A stretch of DNA of 64,000 nucleotides from the NCBI GenBank assembly GCA_902619105.1, contig CACNCV010000003.1, forward strand, positions 180,311-244,310. Direction: 5' to 3'. A program made the translations under genes and the position numbers. The DNA comes from an uncultured Pelagibacteraceae bacterium (GTDB taxonomy: Bacteria; Pseudomonadota; Alphaproteobacteria; Pelagibacterales; AG-422-B15). This document shows positions 38,655 through 47,629 of this stretch, in pieces (positions within the stretch are counted from its first letter, which is position 1; every line of letters starts with the position of its first letter). The notes beneath the pieces are model-generated. The model was not told the origin of the DNA. It was given only the letters and a program-made list of their open reading frames with translations, and did not search any database.

Positions 38655-39506
38655 ATGCCAAAACCCTTTGATGTTGAAATAAATAATTCAATTGCTCATA
38701 TCAGGTTCAATAGGCCTGAAAAAAGAAATTCAATGAACGAGGATTTCTGGAGATTATTTCCAAAGGAAGTTGAAGAGCTAGATGATAGTGGTGATATTAG
38801 AGCTTTAATTGTATCTTCCACGGGACCACACTTTTCCGCTGGAATAGACCTTAGCATGTTTAAAGATGATGTTGTTGAACACGAAACAAACCAAGAGCTT
38901 GGCAGAAGTAGGGGGTATTTTATTCAACAGTTAAAGTTTCTGCAACGTGCCGCATCATGTTTGGAGGATGCGAGATTTCCAGTTGTTGCTGCTGTCCAAG
39001 GAGGATGTATTGGTGGAGGTATCGATTTAATCACTGCCGCTGATATAAGACTTTGTACAAAAGATGCATTTTTTTTAATTGAAGAAATAAATGTTGGTTT
39101 GGCAGCAGATATTGGAACTATACAAAGATTACCAAAAATTATACCTGCTGGTATAGCGCGTGAGTGGACTATGATGGGAGAAAAGATATCTGCTGAAAGA
39201 GCAAAAGAAGTAGGACTTGTGAGCTCTTTGCATGATAGTCATGAAGAAATGATTGATAGTGCTTTTGAAATGGCTGAAAAATTAGCATCAAAAACACCAC
39301 TTGCGATGTGGGTTACAAAAGAAGTTCTCAATTATTCAAGAGATCACTCTGTTAAAGAAGGTTTAGATAATGTAGCGCTTTGGAATGCAGCTACGCTTCA
39401 TAAAGAAGATGTAATGACTACAATGATGTCAAAAATGCAAAAGAAAAAGCCAGAGTATAGAAATTTAAGAGATAAAAATTTCTTGAAACATAAATCAAGT
39501 AAATAG
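38655..39506 (+). CDS. Crotonase-family enoyl-CoA hydratase/isomerase, delta3,5-delta2,4-dienoyl-CoA isomerase-like
   Basis: NRPEKRNSMNEDFW...GPHFSAGIDL and AAVQGGCIGGGIDL motifs resemble ECH1-type isomerases. Confidence 0.8.
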   Translation: MPKPFDVEINNSIAHIRFNRPEKRNSMNEDFWRLFPKEVEELDDSGDIRALIVSSTGPHFSAGIDLSMFKDDVVEHETNQELGRSRGYFIQQLKFLQRAASCLEDARFPVVAAVQGGCIGGGIDLITAADIRLCTKDAFFLIEEINVGLAADIGTIQRLPKIIPAGIAREWTMMGEKISAERAKEVGLVSSLHDSHEEMIDSAFEMAEKLASKTPLAMWVTKEVLNYSRDHSVKEGLDNVALWNAATLHKEDVMTTMMSKMQKKKPEYRNLRDKNFLKHKSSK

Positions 39507-39529
39507 TATTTTTAATAAATTAAATTTTA

Positions 39530-40399
39530 ATGAGATTTAAAAAAGGCATTATTCTCGCTGCCGGCAAGGGGACTCGACTTTCGCCTGCAACAAAAGTAAC
39601 AGTGAAGCCTCTTCTGCCTTTATATGATAAACCTTTACTTTATTACGCGTTATCAAACTTAATTAAGGCTGGTGTTCGCGAGGTACTATTTATATCTCAA
39701 AAGAAAGATATACCAGAATTTAGAAAACTATTTGGCTCGGGAAAACAGCTTGGCATGAAATTCAGTTACACATTTCAAAAAAAACAAGTCGGAATTCCTG
39801 ATGCAGTTAATATTGCCAAAAGATTTATTAATAAAAAACCATTTGTTTTAGCCTTAGCTGATAATTTATTTGTTGGTAAGAGCTTTACATCAACTCTAAA
39901 AAAAGTTCAGTCGCTCAAGGATGGAGCTGCTGTTTTAGCTGTAAAGACAAAATATCCACACAAATCAGCAGTTATTGAATACGATAGAGAAAAAAATATA
40001 AAATCAATTATTGAGAAACCAAAAAAACCAAAGAGTAATCTTACAATACCCGGTCTTTATTTTTATGATAAGGACTCCATATCAATTGTTAAGGATTTAA
40101 AGCCCTCCAAAAGAAAAGAATTAGAAATAGTTGATGTTCATCAATCTTATCTAAGAAAGAAGCTTTTAAATGTTTTTACATTAAAAAAAGATGTTAAGTG
40201 GTTTGACACTGGTGATGCTGAAGAAATGCTTGAAGCTTCAAACTATATTAACAAATATCAAATAAAAGAAAAAAAGCTATTTGGATCTATCGAAATGGAC
40301 TCATACCTAAATGGATGGATTACAAAGAAACAACTTAGAATTCTTATTAATCAAATGCCCGACTCAAAGTATAAAGAAAAATTAAGTTCACTTGCTTAA
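39530..40399 (+). CDS. Sugar-1-phosphate nucleotidyltransferase, RfbA (glucose-1-phosphate thymidylyltransferase)-like
   Basis: GIILAAGKGTRLSPATKVTVKPLLPLYDKPLLYYALSNL, EKPKKPKSN..PGLYFYD and ELEIVDV align closely with E. coli RfbA motifs. No rfbBCD nearby. Confidence 0.8.
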   Translation: MRFKKGIILAAGKGTRLSPATKVTVKPLLPLYDKPLLYYALSNLIKAGVREVLFISQKKDIPEFRKLFGSGKQLGMKFSYTFQKKQVGIPDAVNIAKRFINKKPFVLALADNLFVGKSFTSTLKKVQSLKDGAAVLAVKTKYPHKSAVIEYDREKNIKSIIEKPKKPKSNLTIPGLYFYDKDSISIVKDLKPSKRKELEIVDVHQSYLRKKLLNVFTLKKDVKWFDTGDAEEMLEASNYINKYQIKEKKLFGSIEMDSYLNGWITKKQLRILINQMPDSKYKEKLSSLA

Positions 40400-40899
40400 T
40401 GTTTGATAAAAATTCATTAATAAATTTGTTAAAGTCAAATTCTATTAGTTACAAAATTACTGAACATAAACCGCTGTTTACAGTCGAAGATTCTAAAAAT
40501 CTCCGAGGTTCAATTGATGGCGCGCATTCAAAGAATCTTTTTTTGAAAGATAAAAAAAATAATTTTTTTTTAGTAAGTTTTATTGAGGATATTATAGCTG
40601 ATCTAAAAAAAGCATCAGTACCTTTAAACTCCAAAAAATTATCCTTTGCAAATGAGGATTATTTAATGAATATTCTAGGTATCAAACCTGGATCAGTATC
40701 TCCGTTTGGATTATTAAACGATAAAGAAAAAAAAGTTAAATTTTTCTTTGATCAAGAGTTTATGGAGTATGAAATTGTGAATTTTCATCCTTTAATCAAT
40801 ACGTCAACAGTGTCGATAGCTCCGAATGATCTGATAAATTTGATTGAACAGCATCATTCAAAAGTCGAATTTATAAAGATGAGAGATTTTCAAAAATGA
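40399..40899 (+). CDS. YbaK/ProX-type aminoacyl-tRNA editing (deacylase) domain protein
   Basis: 166 aa. HSKNLFLKDKK and GIKPGSVSPFGL motifs are typical of free-standing YbaK/ProX domains. Confidence 0.6.
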   Translation: MFDKNSLINLLKSNSISYKITEHKPLFTVEDSKNLRGSIDGAHSKNLFLKDKKNNFFLVSFIEDIIADLKKASVPLNSKKLSFANEDYLMNILGIKPGSVSPFGLLNDKEKKVKFFFDQEFMEYEIVNFHPLINTSTVSIAPNDLINLIEQHHSKVEFIKMRDFQK

Positions 40900-41429
40900 C
40901 TCTAAGAAAAGCAAAATTTATTAAAACCAAGAAAAAAATTAAAGCGAATGTTTTTGATTTATATTTTGATGAAGTTAAATGGGTAAATGGAAACAAAACT
41001 TTTAGGGATCTTATTGTACACAATGGTATAACTTGTATTGTTCCAATAATTGATAAGAAATTTATAGTTTTGCTCAAACAATATCGATACGGATCAGATC
41101 AAATTATGCTTGAAGTCCCAGCAGGGACTATTGACCCAGGAGAAAGGCCATTAAGTTGTGCTAAAAGAGAATTAATTGAAGAAACCGGTTATCATGGAAA
41201 AAATTGGAAAATGATAGGCAAATACTTTTCAACCCCGGCATATAACACTTGCTTAGTGCACTGCTATCTAACTCATTGCTATAAGAAGAGTGAGACAAAT
41301 TTTGACGAAGATGAGGTTATTGAGACAAAAATTTATTCAGTCCAAGAAGTAAGAAGACTACTTAAAACTAATAAGATTAATGATATGAAAACTTATATCA
41401 GCCTTGATCGATTTATGAATTATTATTGA
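40896..41429 (+). CDS. Nudix hydrolase (ADP-ribose pyrophosphatase-like)
   Basis: Nudix box GTIDPGERPLSCAKRELIEETGY. Confidence 0.8.
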   Translation: MTLRKAKFIKTKKKIKANVFDLYFDEVKWVNGNKTFRDLIVHNGITCIVPIIDKKFIVLLKQYRYGSDQIMLEVPAGTIDPGERPLSCAKRELIEETGYHGKNWKMIGKYFSTPAYNTCLVHCYLTHCYKKSETNFDEDEVIETKIYSVQEVRRLLKTNKINDMKTYISLDRFMNYY

Positions 41430-41860
41430 TTTAATATTTTCCAAATACCTGAGGCAGATAAAATAATTTTATCTTGTGAGATCAAATTACCCTCAATAAA
41501 GACGAGTGATTTCGTAGTTCTTGTGACCTTAGCGTCACATTCAACAATATCATCCTGAAGACCTGGACTTACAAAGTTACAATTCAGTGAAATAGTACTG
41601 CACGGTTTTTTTCCACACGCAGCAAATACCATAGATCCTAAGAAAATATCTGCTAATGACATAGAGTAGCCACCATGCGCAATACCATGAGCATTGAGAT
41701 GCTTATCCAAAATTTTAGTAATGAATTTATATTGGTTATTCTCTTCTTTTTTAAAATACATTGGCCCAACTAAGACATCGAAGCCAGCATGCCATCCAAG
41801 TTTTTTGTATCCTTCTGGAACCCAGCTTGGTGCTGATACTTCCGTCTTTAACATGACCAT
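41423..41860 (-). CDS. PaaI-family hot-dog acyl-CoA thioesterase
   Basis: NAHGIAHGGYSMSLADIFLG motif, 145 aa. Confidence 0.75.
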   Translation of the reverse strand: MVMLKTEVSAPSWVPEGYKKLGWHAGFDVLVGPMYFKKEENNQYKFITKILDKHLNAHGIAHGGYSMSLADIFLGSMVFAACGKKPCSTISLNCNFVSPGLQDDIVECDAKVTRTTKSLVFIEGNLISQDKIILSASGIWKILNQ

Positions 41861-42048
41861 AGAGAATCTCCCTAATTCAAAGAATGCGACTTTCTAAACT
41901 TCATTACGGATATGGTCAAGCAGAATAAAGAAAAATATTTGCCAAAATTGAGGGTATTTTTGATGTATTTTTAAATAAAATTAAACTTTTTTTTTTATAT
42001 AAAAAGTCTATCTTACGGTTTTCTAAATATTTATAAGGGCAATATAGT

Positions 42049-43230
42049 ATGAGAGAAGCTGCAATAATTTCAACTGCAAGGACTGGATTAGCAAAAGCTA
42101 TGAGAGGTGGATTTAACAAAACTCACGGCATTACAATGGGAGGCCATACTGTTAAACATGCTATTGAAAGAGCAGGAGTTGAAGCTGGTGAAGTAGAAGA
42201 TGTAATTTTTGGATGCGGACAACCAGAGGGAGCAACAGGTCATAACATTGGAAGAAATGTTGCAATTGCAGGTGGATGCCCCGTAACTGTGCCAGGTACT
42301 ACAATAAATCGTTTTTGTTCATCAGGTTTACAATCAATAGCGGTAGCTGCTCAAAGAATTATTGTTGATGGAATTAAAGTAGCTATAGGTGGGGGAGTTG
42401 AGTCAATATCAATGACACAGCAAAACATGAACATGAAACATCTTATTGAGCCTGAACTTCAAAAAATTTGTCCAGCATTATGGATGCCTATGATTAATAC
42501 TGCTGATGTTGTAGCAGATCGATACAAAGTAAGCAGAGAATACCAAGACGAATATTCACTACAAAGTCAACAACGAACAGCTGCAGCTCAAACTGCAGGA
42601 AAATTTAAAGACGAGATTGTTCCTTTAACGACAAAAATGGATGTAATGAACAAAGAAACAAAGGAAGTTACAGAACAAGAAGTAACAGTTGATAAAGATG
42701 AGTGTAATCGACCACAAACTACACTTGAGAGCCTTGCTGGTTTAATGCCAGTCATGGGACCTGATAAATATATTACTGCGGGTAATGCTAGTCAGCTGTC
42801 AGATGGAGCATCTTCATGTTTGTTAATGGATCTTAAAGAAGCAGAAAAAAGAAATATTGAACCTATGGGAATTTTTAGAGGACTTTCTGTTGCAGCTTGT
42901 GAGCCCGATGAGATGGGTATAGGACCAGTATTTGCTGTACCAAAACTCCTAGAGCAACACGGCTTAAAGGTAGATGATATCGATATATGGGAACTGAACG
43001 AAGCATTTGCAGTTCAAGTTTTATACTGTAGAGATAAGCTAGGAATTGATAATGAGAAATTAAATGTGAACGGAGGATCAATTTCTATTGGACACCCATA
43101 TGGTATGACCGGCTCTAGAATGACAGGACATATTTTAATCGAAGGTAAGAGACGAAACGCTAAATACGGTGTTGTAACAATGTGCGTTGGTGGCGGAATG
43201 GGAGCAGCAGGTCTTTTTGAGATTTTATGA
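42049..43230 (+). CDS. Acetyl-CoA C-acyltransferase (3-ketoacyl-CoA thiolase)
   Basis: NRFCSSGLQ (active Cys), NEAFA, GGSISIGHPYGMTG and CVGGGMG motifs. Confidence 0.95.
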   Translation: MREAAIISTARTGLAKAMRGGFNKTHGITMGGHTVKHAIERAGVEAGEVEDVIFGCGQPEGATGHNIGRNVAIAGGCPVTVPGTTINRFCSSGLQSIAVAAQRIIVDGIKVAIGGGVESISMTQQNMNMKHLIEPELQKICPALWMPMINTADVVADRYKVSREYQDEYSLQSQQRTAAAQTAGKFKDEIVPLTTKMDVMNKETKEVTEQEVTVDKDECNRPQTTLESLAGLMPVMGPDKYITAGNASQLSDGASSCLLMDLKEAEKRNIEPMGIFRGLSVAACEPDEMGIGPVFAVPKLLEQHGLKVDDIDIWELNEAFAVQVLYCRDKLGIDNEKLNVNGGSISIGHPYGMTGSRMTGHILIEGKRRNAKYGVVTMCVGGGMGAAGLFEIL

Positions 43231-43598
43231 TAGATACAATTAAATACATTGAAAAAATAGCTCTGGTAATAATTATTTTTGCTACAGTTATAGCTATTGG
43301 CTATGAAATATATGCAATGTATGAAAAAAACCTCGTTGAACTTGCAGACTTACTTTTGTTATTTATTTATCTCGAAGTTATACAAATGATTAGAGAATAT
43401 TGGACACTAAATAGAATTAGAATAAGTATACCGCTGTTTATTGCAATTACTGCTGTTGCACGTTTAATAATCTTACAGGGCAAAACTATGGATCCAAGCA
43501 TGTTGCTTTACGAGGGTGGCGCCATTTTATTGATTGCCATAGCTGTTCTTATATTAAAAGCAAGAAAGCTTAAAATATTCGCCGATGTTGACGACTAA
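43227..43598 (+). CDS. PsiE-family (phosphate-starvation-inducible E-like) membrane protein
   Basis: 123 aa, 4 TM helices. FIYLEVIQMIREYW...FIAITAVARLIILQ parallels E. coli PsiE FLYFEFIALIVKYF...IGITAIVRLIIVD. Confidence 0.55.
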   Translation: MIDTIKYIEKIALVIIIFATVIAIGYEIYAMYEKNLVELADLLLLFIYLEVIQMIREYWTLNRIRISIPLFIAITAVARLIILQGKTMDPSMLLYEGGAILLIAIAVLILKARKLKIFADVDD

Positions 43599-44019
43599 GA
43601 TTGTTAAAGGATTAGTACTTCCATTTTTGGTTGTCCTATTAATAAGCACATCTGCATTTTCACTTACTGATGAGGACGAACAAGAGATTATTTCTGTTGT
43701 AAGTCAGCAGCTGCAAGCATTTCAAAATGATGATTTCGAAAAAGCTTATTCTTTCGCATCGCCAATTATTAAGAAAATATTTCCAAGTCCAAAAGCGTTT
43801 GGTGAAATGGTTGTAGGTCAGTACCAGGCCGTTTATCGTCCCAAAAGTGTGAACTTTGGCAAGATATCACTTAGAGATGGAGTACCTTCCCTAGAAGTAT
43901 ATTTAGTTGATCCTGAAGGCGAATTCGTAACTGCAATTTACTCAATGCAGCAACAAGAAGACGGTAAATGGCTTATTAATGGTTGTTTTCTTACTCAGGC
44001 AGAGAGTAACGAAATTTAG
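43585..44019 (+). CDS. Secreted small protein, DUF4864-like (NTF2-like fold?)
   Basis: Signal peptide. The C-terminal EFVTAIYSMQQQEDGKWLINGCFL resembles DUF4864 proteins, from memory only. Confidence 0.4.
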   Translation: MLTTKIVKGLVLPFLVVLLISTSAFSLTDEDEQEIISVVSQQLQAFQNDDFEKAYSFASPIIKKIFPSPKAFGEMVVGQYQAVYRPKSVNFGKISLRDGVPSLEVYLVDPEGEFVTAIYSMQQQEDGKWLINGCFLTQAESNEI

Positions 44020-45260
44020 GATTGAGAGTTTCTGATAATTTGTTCGTAAAATTTTAGACTTTCTTTGCTTTTTCTTTTTAAAGTATCTCTATTCACCTCG
44101 ATTAAACCAAAACGCGGTTTGTAGCCATATATCCATTCAAAGTTGTCCAGAAATGACCAATAGTAATAACCTCGAATATCTAAACCGTCATCTAAACAGC
44201 TTTGAAGTCCTTTTAATGCTGTAGTGATATATTTTATTCTTTGATTATCATCATCTGTGCCAATCCCATTTTCAGTCACAATCATTGGGCAATTTATTTT
44301 TGGAGCAACATACCTCAATACATTTTCTAATGACTCAGGATAATATTCATATCCCATAACAAGCATATTTTCATCATTGACGTTAGGTTTCATGATGCCC
44401 TCAGGACCATAGGTGTGACGTGTATACGTTTGAATACCAATGAAATCGTCATCCTTAGTTTGATCCAAACACACATCCACTGTTTCAGCATGAGCAATGT
44501 CGCGTGTTTGTTCGCCTCCTTCTGCCGCTTGGTAATCCATAATTGAAAGCGTAATACCAACAGGCTGATTTTTTGTAAGTAGACCTTTAATAACTGGAAA
44601 TGCTTTTACATGCGCCGCCATCATACAGTCACGTATTTTATAGGGATGGCCAAATAGAAAAGGGCCAAAATTATCTAGAGTTGACCCGCATGATTTAGCA
44701 GCATCTTCAACAAATGGCATGATAGTTTTCATTCCTTGTTCAGGGTAGCTAGGAAATGTGTGTGCAAAACATGCAGTTAGATTTGCCTCATTTATTGTAC
44801 AAACCGTATCTATACGGTCACCTAGCTCTTTTGTTACAAATTCAGCATATTTAACATATAAATCTGCGTTTTCCTTTTTTTCCCAACCTCCTTTAGCTGT
44901 AAACCAAAGCGGGGAAGTGAAGTGTTGGAATGTGACGCACGTTTGAAGATTATTTTCATGACAACAATCCAAAACTTTTTTGTAATGATCAATTGCTTCT
45001 TTTGAAAATTCTCCCTCGGACTCTTCGATACGAGCCCATTCAATAGATAGTCTATAGGACTGTATTGCGTGAGATGACATAAGCTTAATATCTTCCTCGT
45101 ATCTATTCAATTGATCACAAGCAATTCCTGACGGTTCAGCAAATGTGGTATTTTTTGTATTTTCAAGCAGCCAAAAATCTGAGTTTGTATTATTTCCTTC
45201 TACTTGATGGGCAGCAGTCGCTGTACCCCATATAAAGTCTTTTGGTAAATTAAGTTTCAT
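44016..45260 (-). CDS. Glycoside hydrolase family 1 beta-glycosidase
   Basis: FIWGTATAAHQVEGN N-terminus, acid/base TINEAN, nucleophile VTENGIG, C-terminal YYYWSFLDNFEW. Confidence 0.9.
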   Translation of the reverse strand: MKLNLPKDFIWGTATAAHQVEGNNTNSDFWLLENTKNTTFAEPSGIACDQLNRYEEDIKLMSSHAIQSYRLSIEWARIEESEGEFSKEAIDHYKKVLDCCHENNLQTCVTFQHFTSPLWFTAKGGWEKKENADLYVKYAEFVTKELGDRIDTVCTINEANLTACFAHTFPSYPEQGMKTIMPFVEDAAKSCGSTLDNFGPFLFGHPYKIRDCMMAAHVKAFPVIKGLLTKNQPVGITLSIMDYQAAEGGEQTRDIAHAETVDVCLDQTKDDDFIGIQTYTRHTYGPEGIMKPNVNDENMLVMGYEYYPESLENVLRYVAPKINCPMIVTENGIGTDDDNQRIKYITTALKGLQSCLDDGLDIRGYYYWSFLDNFEWIYGYKPRFGLIEVNRDTLKRKSKESLKFYEQIIRNSQS

Positions 45261-45262
45261 GA

Positions 45263-46294
45263 TTATATAAATTTAGCATTTGGATACCCATCAAGAATAT
45301 ACTTTTTAAGTTCTTCAACCAGCTCTTTTTTTACTAAAGTTACGATTGCCCCACCAAAACCAGCTCCAGTAAGTTTAGATCCTAAAGCGCCAAAGGAATT
45401 AGATAGATCAACCAACTTATTTAAATTATCAGTTGAAACTCTATAGTGTCGTGATAAAGAAATATGACTTTCTGTCATTAATTTTCCAAATTCTTCAGCT
45501 TTATTATCTTTTAAATATTGAGCTGCTTTTACAACTCTCAAATTTTCCTCAATTACATGTTTACTAACATTAAGCTCTTCATCTGAAAGTAATTGAATAT
45601 CATTTTCATCAATTTTTGTTTTTGTACAGAGACTTTGAATTTTCATTTTTTTTGCAGCATTGAGACACAATTCTTTTTTTTTGTTAAACTCACTATCTGA
45701 TAAAATCCTTTGTGTGTTGCTATCAATTATTAGAAATTGATAATCTTGAAAAATTGGTATCAATTCATAATTTTTATTAAAGGTATCAAGAAAAAGAGCT
45801 TCATAATGATTTCCTAAGACCGATACAAATTGATCCATAACTCCACCGCCCACACAAACAAAATCATTTTCAACCTCAAATGCTAAATTAATTAAATCTT
45901 CATCTGCTAAATTTTTTTTAAAATAGCAACTTAGCGATTTTAAAGTACTAACGGTGATTGCAGCAGAGGAAGACAGACCGACCCCCAATGGAAGGCTGCT
46001 TTTGATATGAATTGAGATATTGTTAATCTTAACTGAAAATTTCTTCTCAAAATAAAGACATGATCCAATAACGAAATCTGCCCAATTATTTCTTTTTTCG
46101 AGTTTCTTAACAATTAGAGAGTCCTTATATTTATCTGATACTATCGAAATAGATTCACTATTTTTATTTTCAACGATCTCACAGATAATTGAGTTCTTAA
46201 TTTGTAATGGTAAAACATGTCCACCATTATAGTCTAAATGCTCCCCAATGAGGTTAACTCTGCCAAATCCCTCACCAATCGAGACTGTGTTCAT
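45263..46294 (-). CDS. galK: Galactokinase-family anomeric sugar kinase (GHMP)
   Basis: Galactokinase signature GRVNLIGEHLDYNGG, GHMP motif PLGVGLSSSAA, C-terminal GAGFGG. Confidence 0.85.
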   Translation of the reverse strand: MNTVSIGEGFGRVNLIGEHLDYNGGHVLPLQIKNSIICEIVENKNSESISIVSDKYKDSLIVKKLEKRNNWADFVIGSCLYFEKKFSVKINNISIHIKSSLPLGVGLSSSAAITVSTLKSLSCYFKKNLADEDLINLAFEVENDFVCVGGGVMDQFVSVLGNHYEALFLDTFNKNYELIPIFQDYQFLIIDSNTQRILSDSEFNKKKELCLNAAKKMKIQSLCTKTKIDENDIQLLSDEELNVSKHVIEENLRVVKAAQYLKDNKAEEFGKLMTESHISLSRHYRVSTDNLNKLVDLSNSFGALGSKLTGAGFGGAIVTLVKKELVEELKKYILDGYPNAKFI

Positions 46295-46297
46295 AAC

Positions 46298-47629
46298 TTA
46301 ACTTTGTCTTTGTTTTAATTCAGAAAATATTCTTTCATAAAAGTTACTGTCGTACTTATTAAAGTACGTAACTATTATTGCTATAGTTCCGGCAACGGCT
46401 GGAAAAATATATCCCATAATAAATAGACCATTCAATGTTTCTGGACTTTGATCTATTGCATTTGCCACATAGTCTGTACTTTCAAGAATTACTCCAGCAA
46501 GCCATGCACTAAAACCAACACTTAATTTAAAAACAAATACGTGAGCTGCGTTTAAGACTCCTTCAGCACGAAATCCAGATTTCCATTCACCATATTCGAT
46601 TGTGTCAGCTATCATTGACCAGGCCATGACACCTGCCATACCGAAACCAATGAAGCCAAAGGTTGCAATAAAAGCTAATAACCAAAAGTTTTCATACCCA
46701 GTAATATAATAGATTATTAAATCTGTGATTACGTAAAGAAATGTTCCAATCATGAATAAAGTCTTTTTCTCAAACCTATGTTTTATTAAGTTAACTAAAT
46801 ATGCACCTAACATAATTTGTAAAATTACTCCAAGCAAAATTGGACTAAAGTAAGCCTCTAATTGAAGATTATATTTTACAAAATAGACAACTGTTAGTTG
46901 CTTGATATTATTTGCAACCCAAGTTGTTAAAAGTGCCAATATTACGAAATGTAATGGATAATTGTTAAATACCATTTTAGTAACTTTTTTAATACCAATG
47001 GTTTCTTCATATGGCTTTGAATAAACTTCTTTAGTATTAAAAAAACATAGGAATGCAAAAATAGCTCCAAGGACTGCTAAACAACCTACTACAATTGGAA
47101 ATCCGAACTGTGGTGAGCTAAAAAGGCCAACTAGAGGCAATGTTAGAACTGCAACAGCAATTGATCCAGAGCTAGCTCCTAAATATCTAAATGATGCGAG
47201 TGATGTTCTTTCATCTCTGTCTTGAGTCATCGCCGGAATGAGCGATCCAACTGGAATAGCAATGATTGTATATAAAGTGGTAAATGTAATGTATGTAAAA
47301 AGTGCCCAATAAAATTTACCCGTTTGTGACAAATCAGGTGAGGTAAAGCATAAAATAATCATTATTAGCGCAGGTACTGATCCAAACAAAATATAAGGTC
47401 TGAATTTCCCCCATCTGGTCGAAGTATTATCTGCAATATACCCCATAATCGGGTCAGTAAATGCGTCCCAGATTTTCGCTAAAAAGAAAACTAAGCCAGC
47501 ATTTGCAGGCGATAATCCAAAAATATCTGTATAAAAAAATAGTAAGTAGAAGACAGTCAGTTGCCACATTATATTAATGGCAAAATCACCACCACCGTAA
47601 AACAATTTTGATCTAAAACTTAGTTTCAT
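46298..47629 (-). CDS. Glycoside-pentoside-hexuronide (GPH):cation symporter, MelB/YicJ-like
   Basis: 12 TM helices. N-terminal YGGGDFAINIMWQLTVFYLLFFYTDIFGL and DAFTDPIMGYIADNTSTRWGKFRPY are GPH hallmarks. Confidence 0.85.
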   Translation of the reverse strand: MKLSFRSKLFYGGGDFAINIMWQLTVFYLLFFYTDIFGLSPANAGLVFFLAKIWDAFTDPIMGYIADNTSTRWGKFRPYILFGSVPALIMIILCFTSPDLSQTGKFYWALFTYITFTTLYTIIAIPVGSLIPAMTQDRDERTSLASFRYLGASSGSIAVAVLTLPLVGLFSSPQFGFPIVVGCLAVLGAIFAFLCFFNTKEVYSKPYEETIGIKKVTKMVFNNYPLHFVILALLTTWVANNIKQLTVVYFVKYNLQLEAYFSPILLGVILQIMLGAYLVNLIKHRFEKKTLFMIGTFLYVITDLIIYYITGYENFWLLAFIATFGFIGFGMAGVMAWSMIADTIEYGEWKSGFRAEGVLNAAHVFVFKLSVGFSAWLAGVILESTDYVANAIDQSPETLNGLFIMGYIFPAVAGTIAIIVTYFNKYDSNFYERIFSELKQRQS

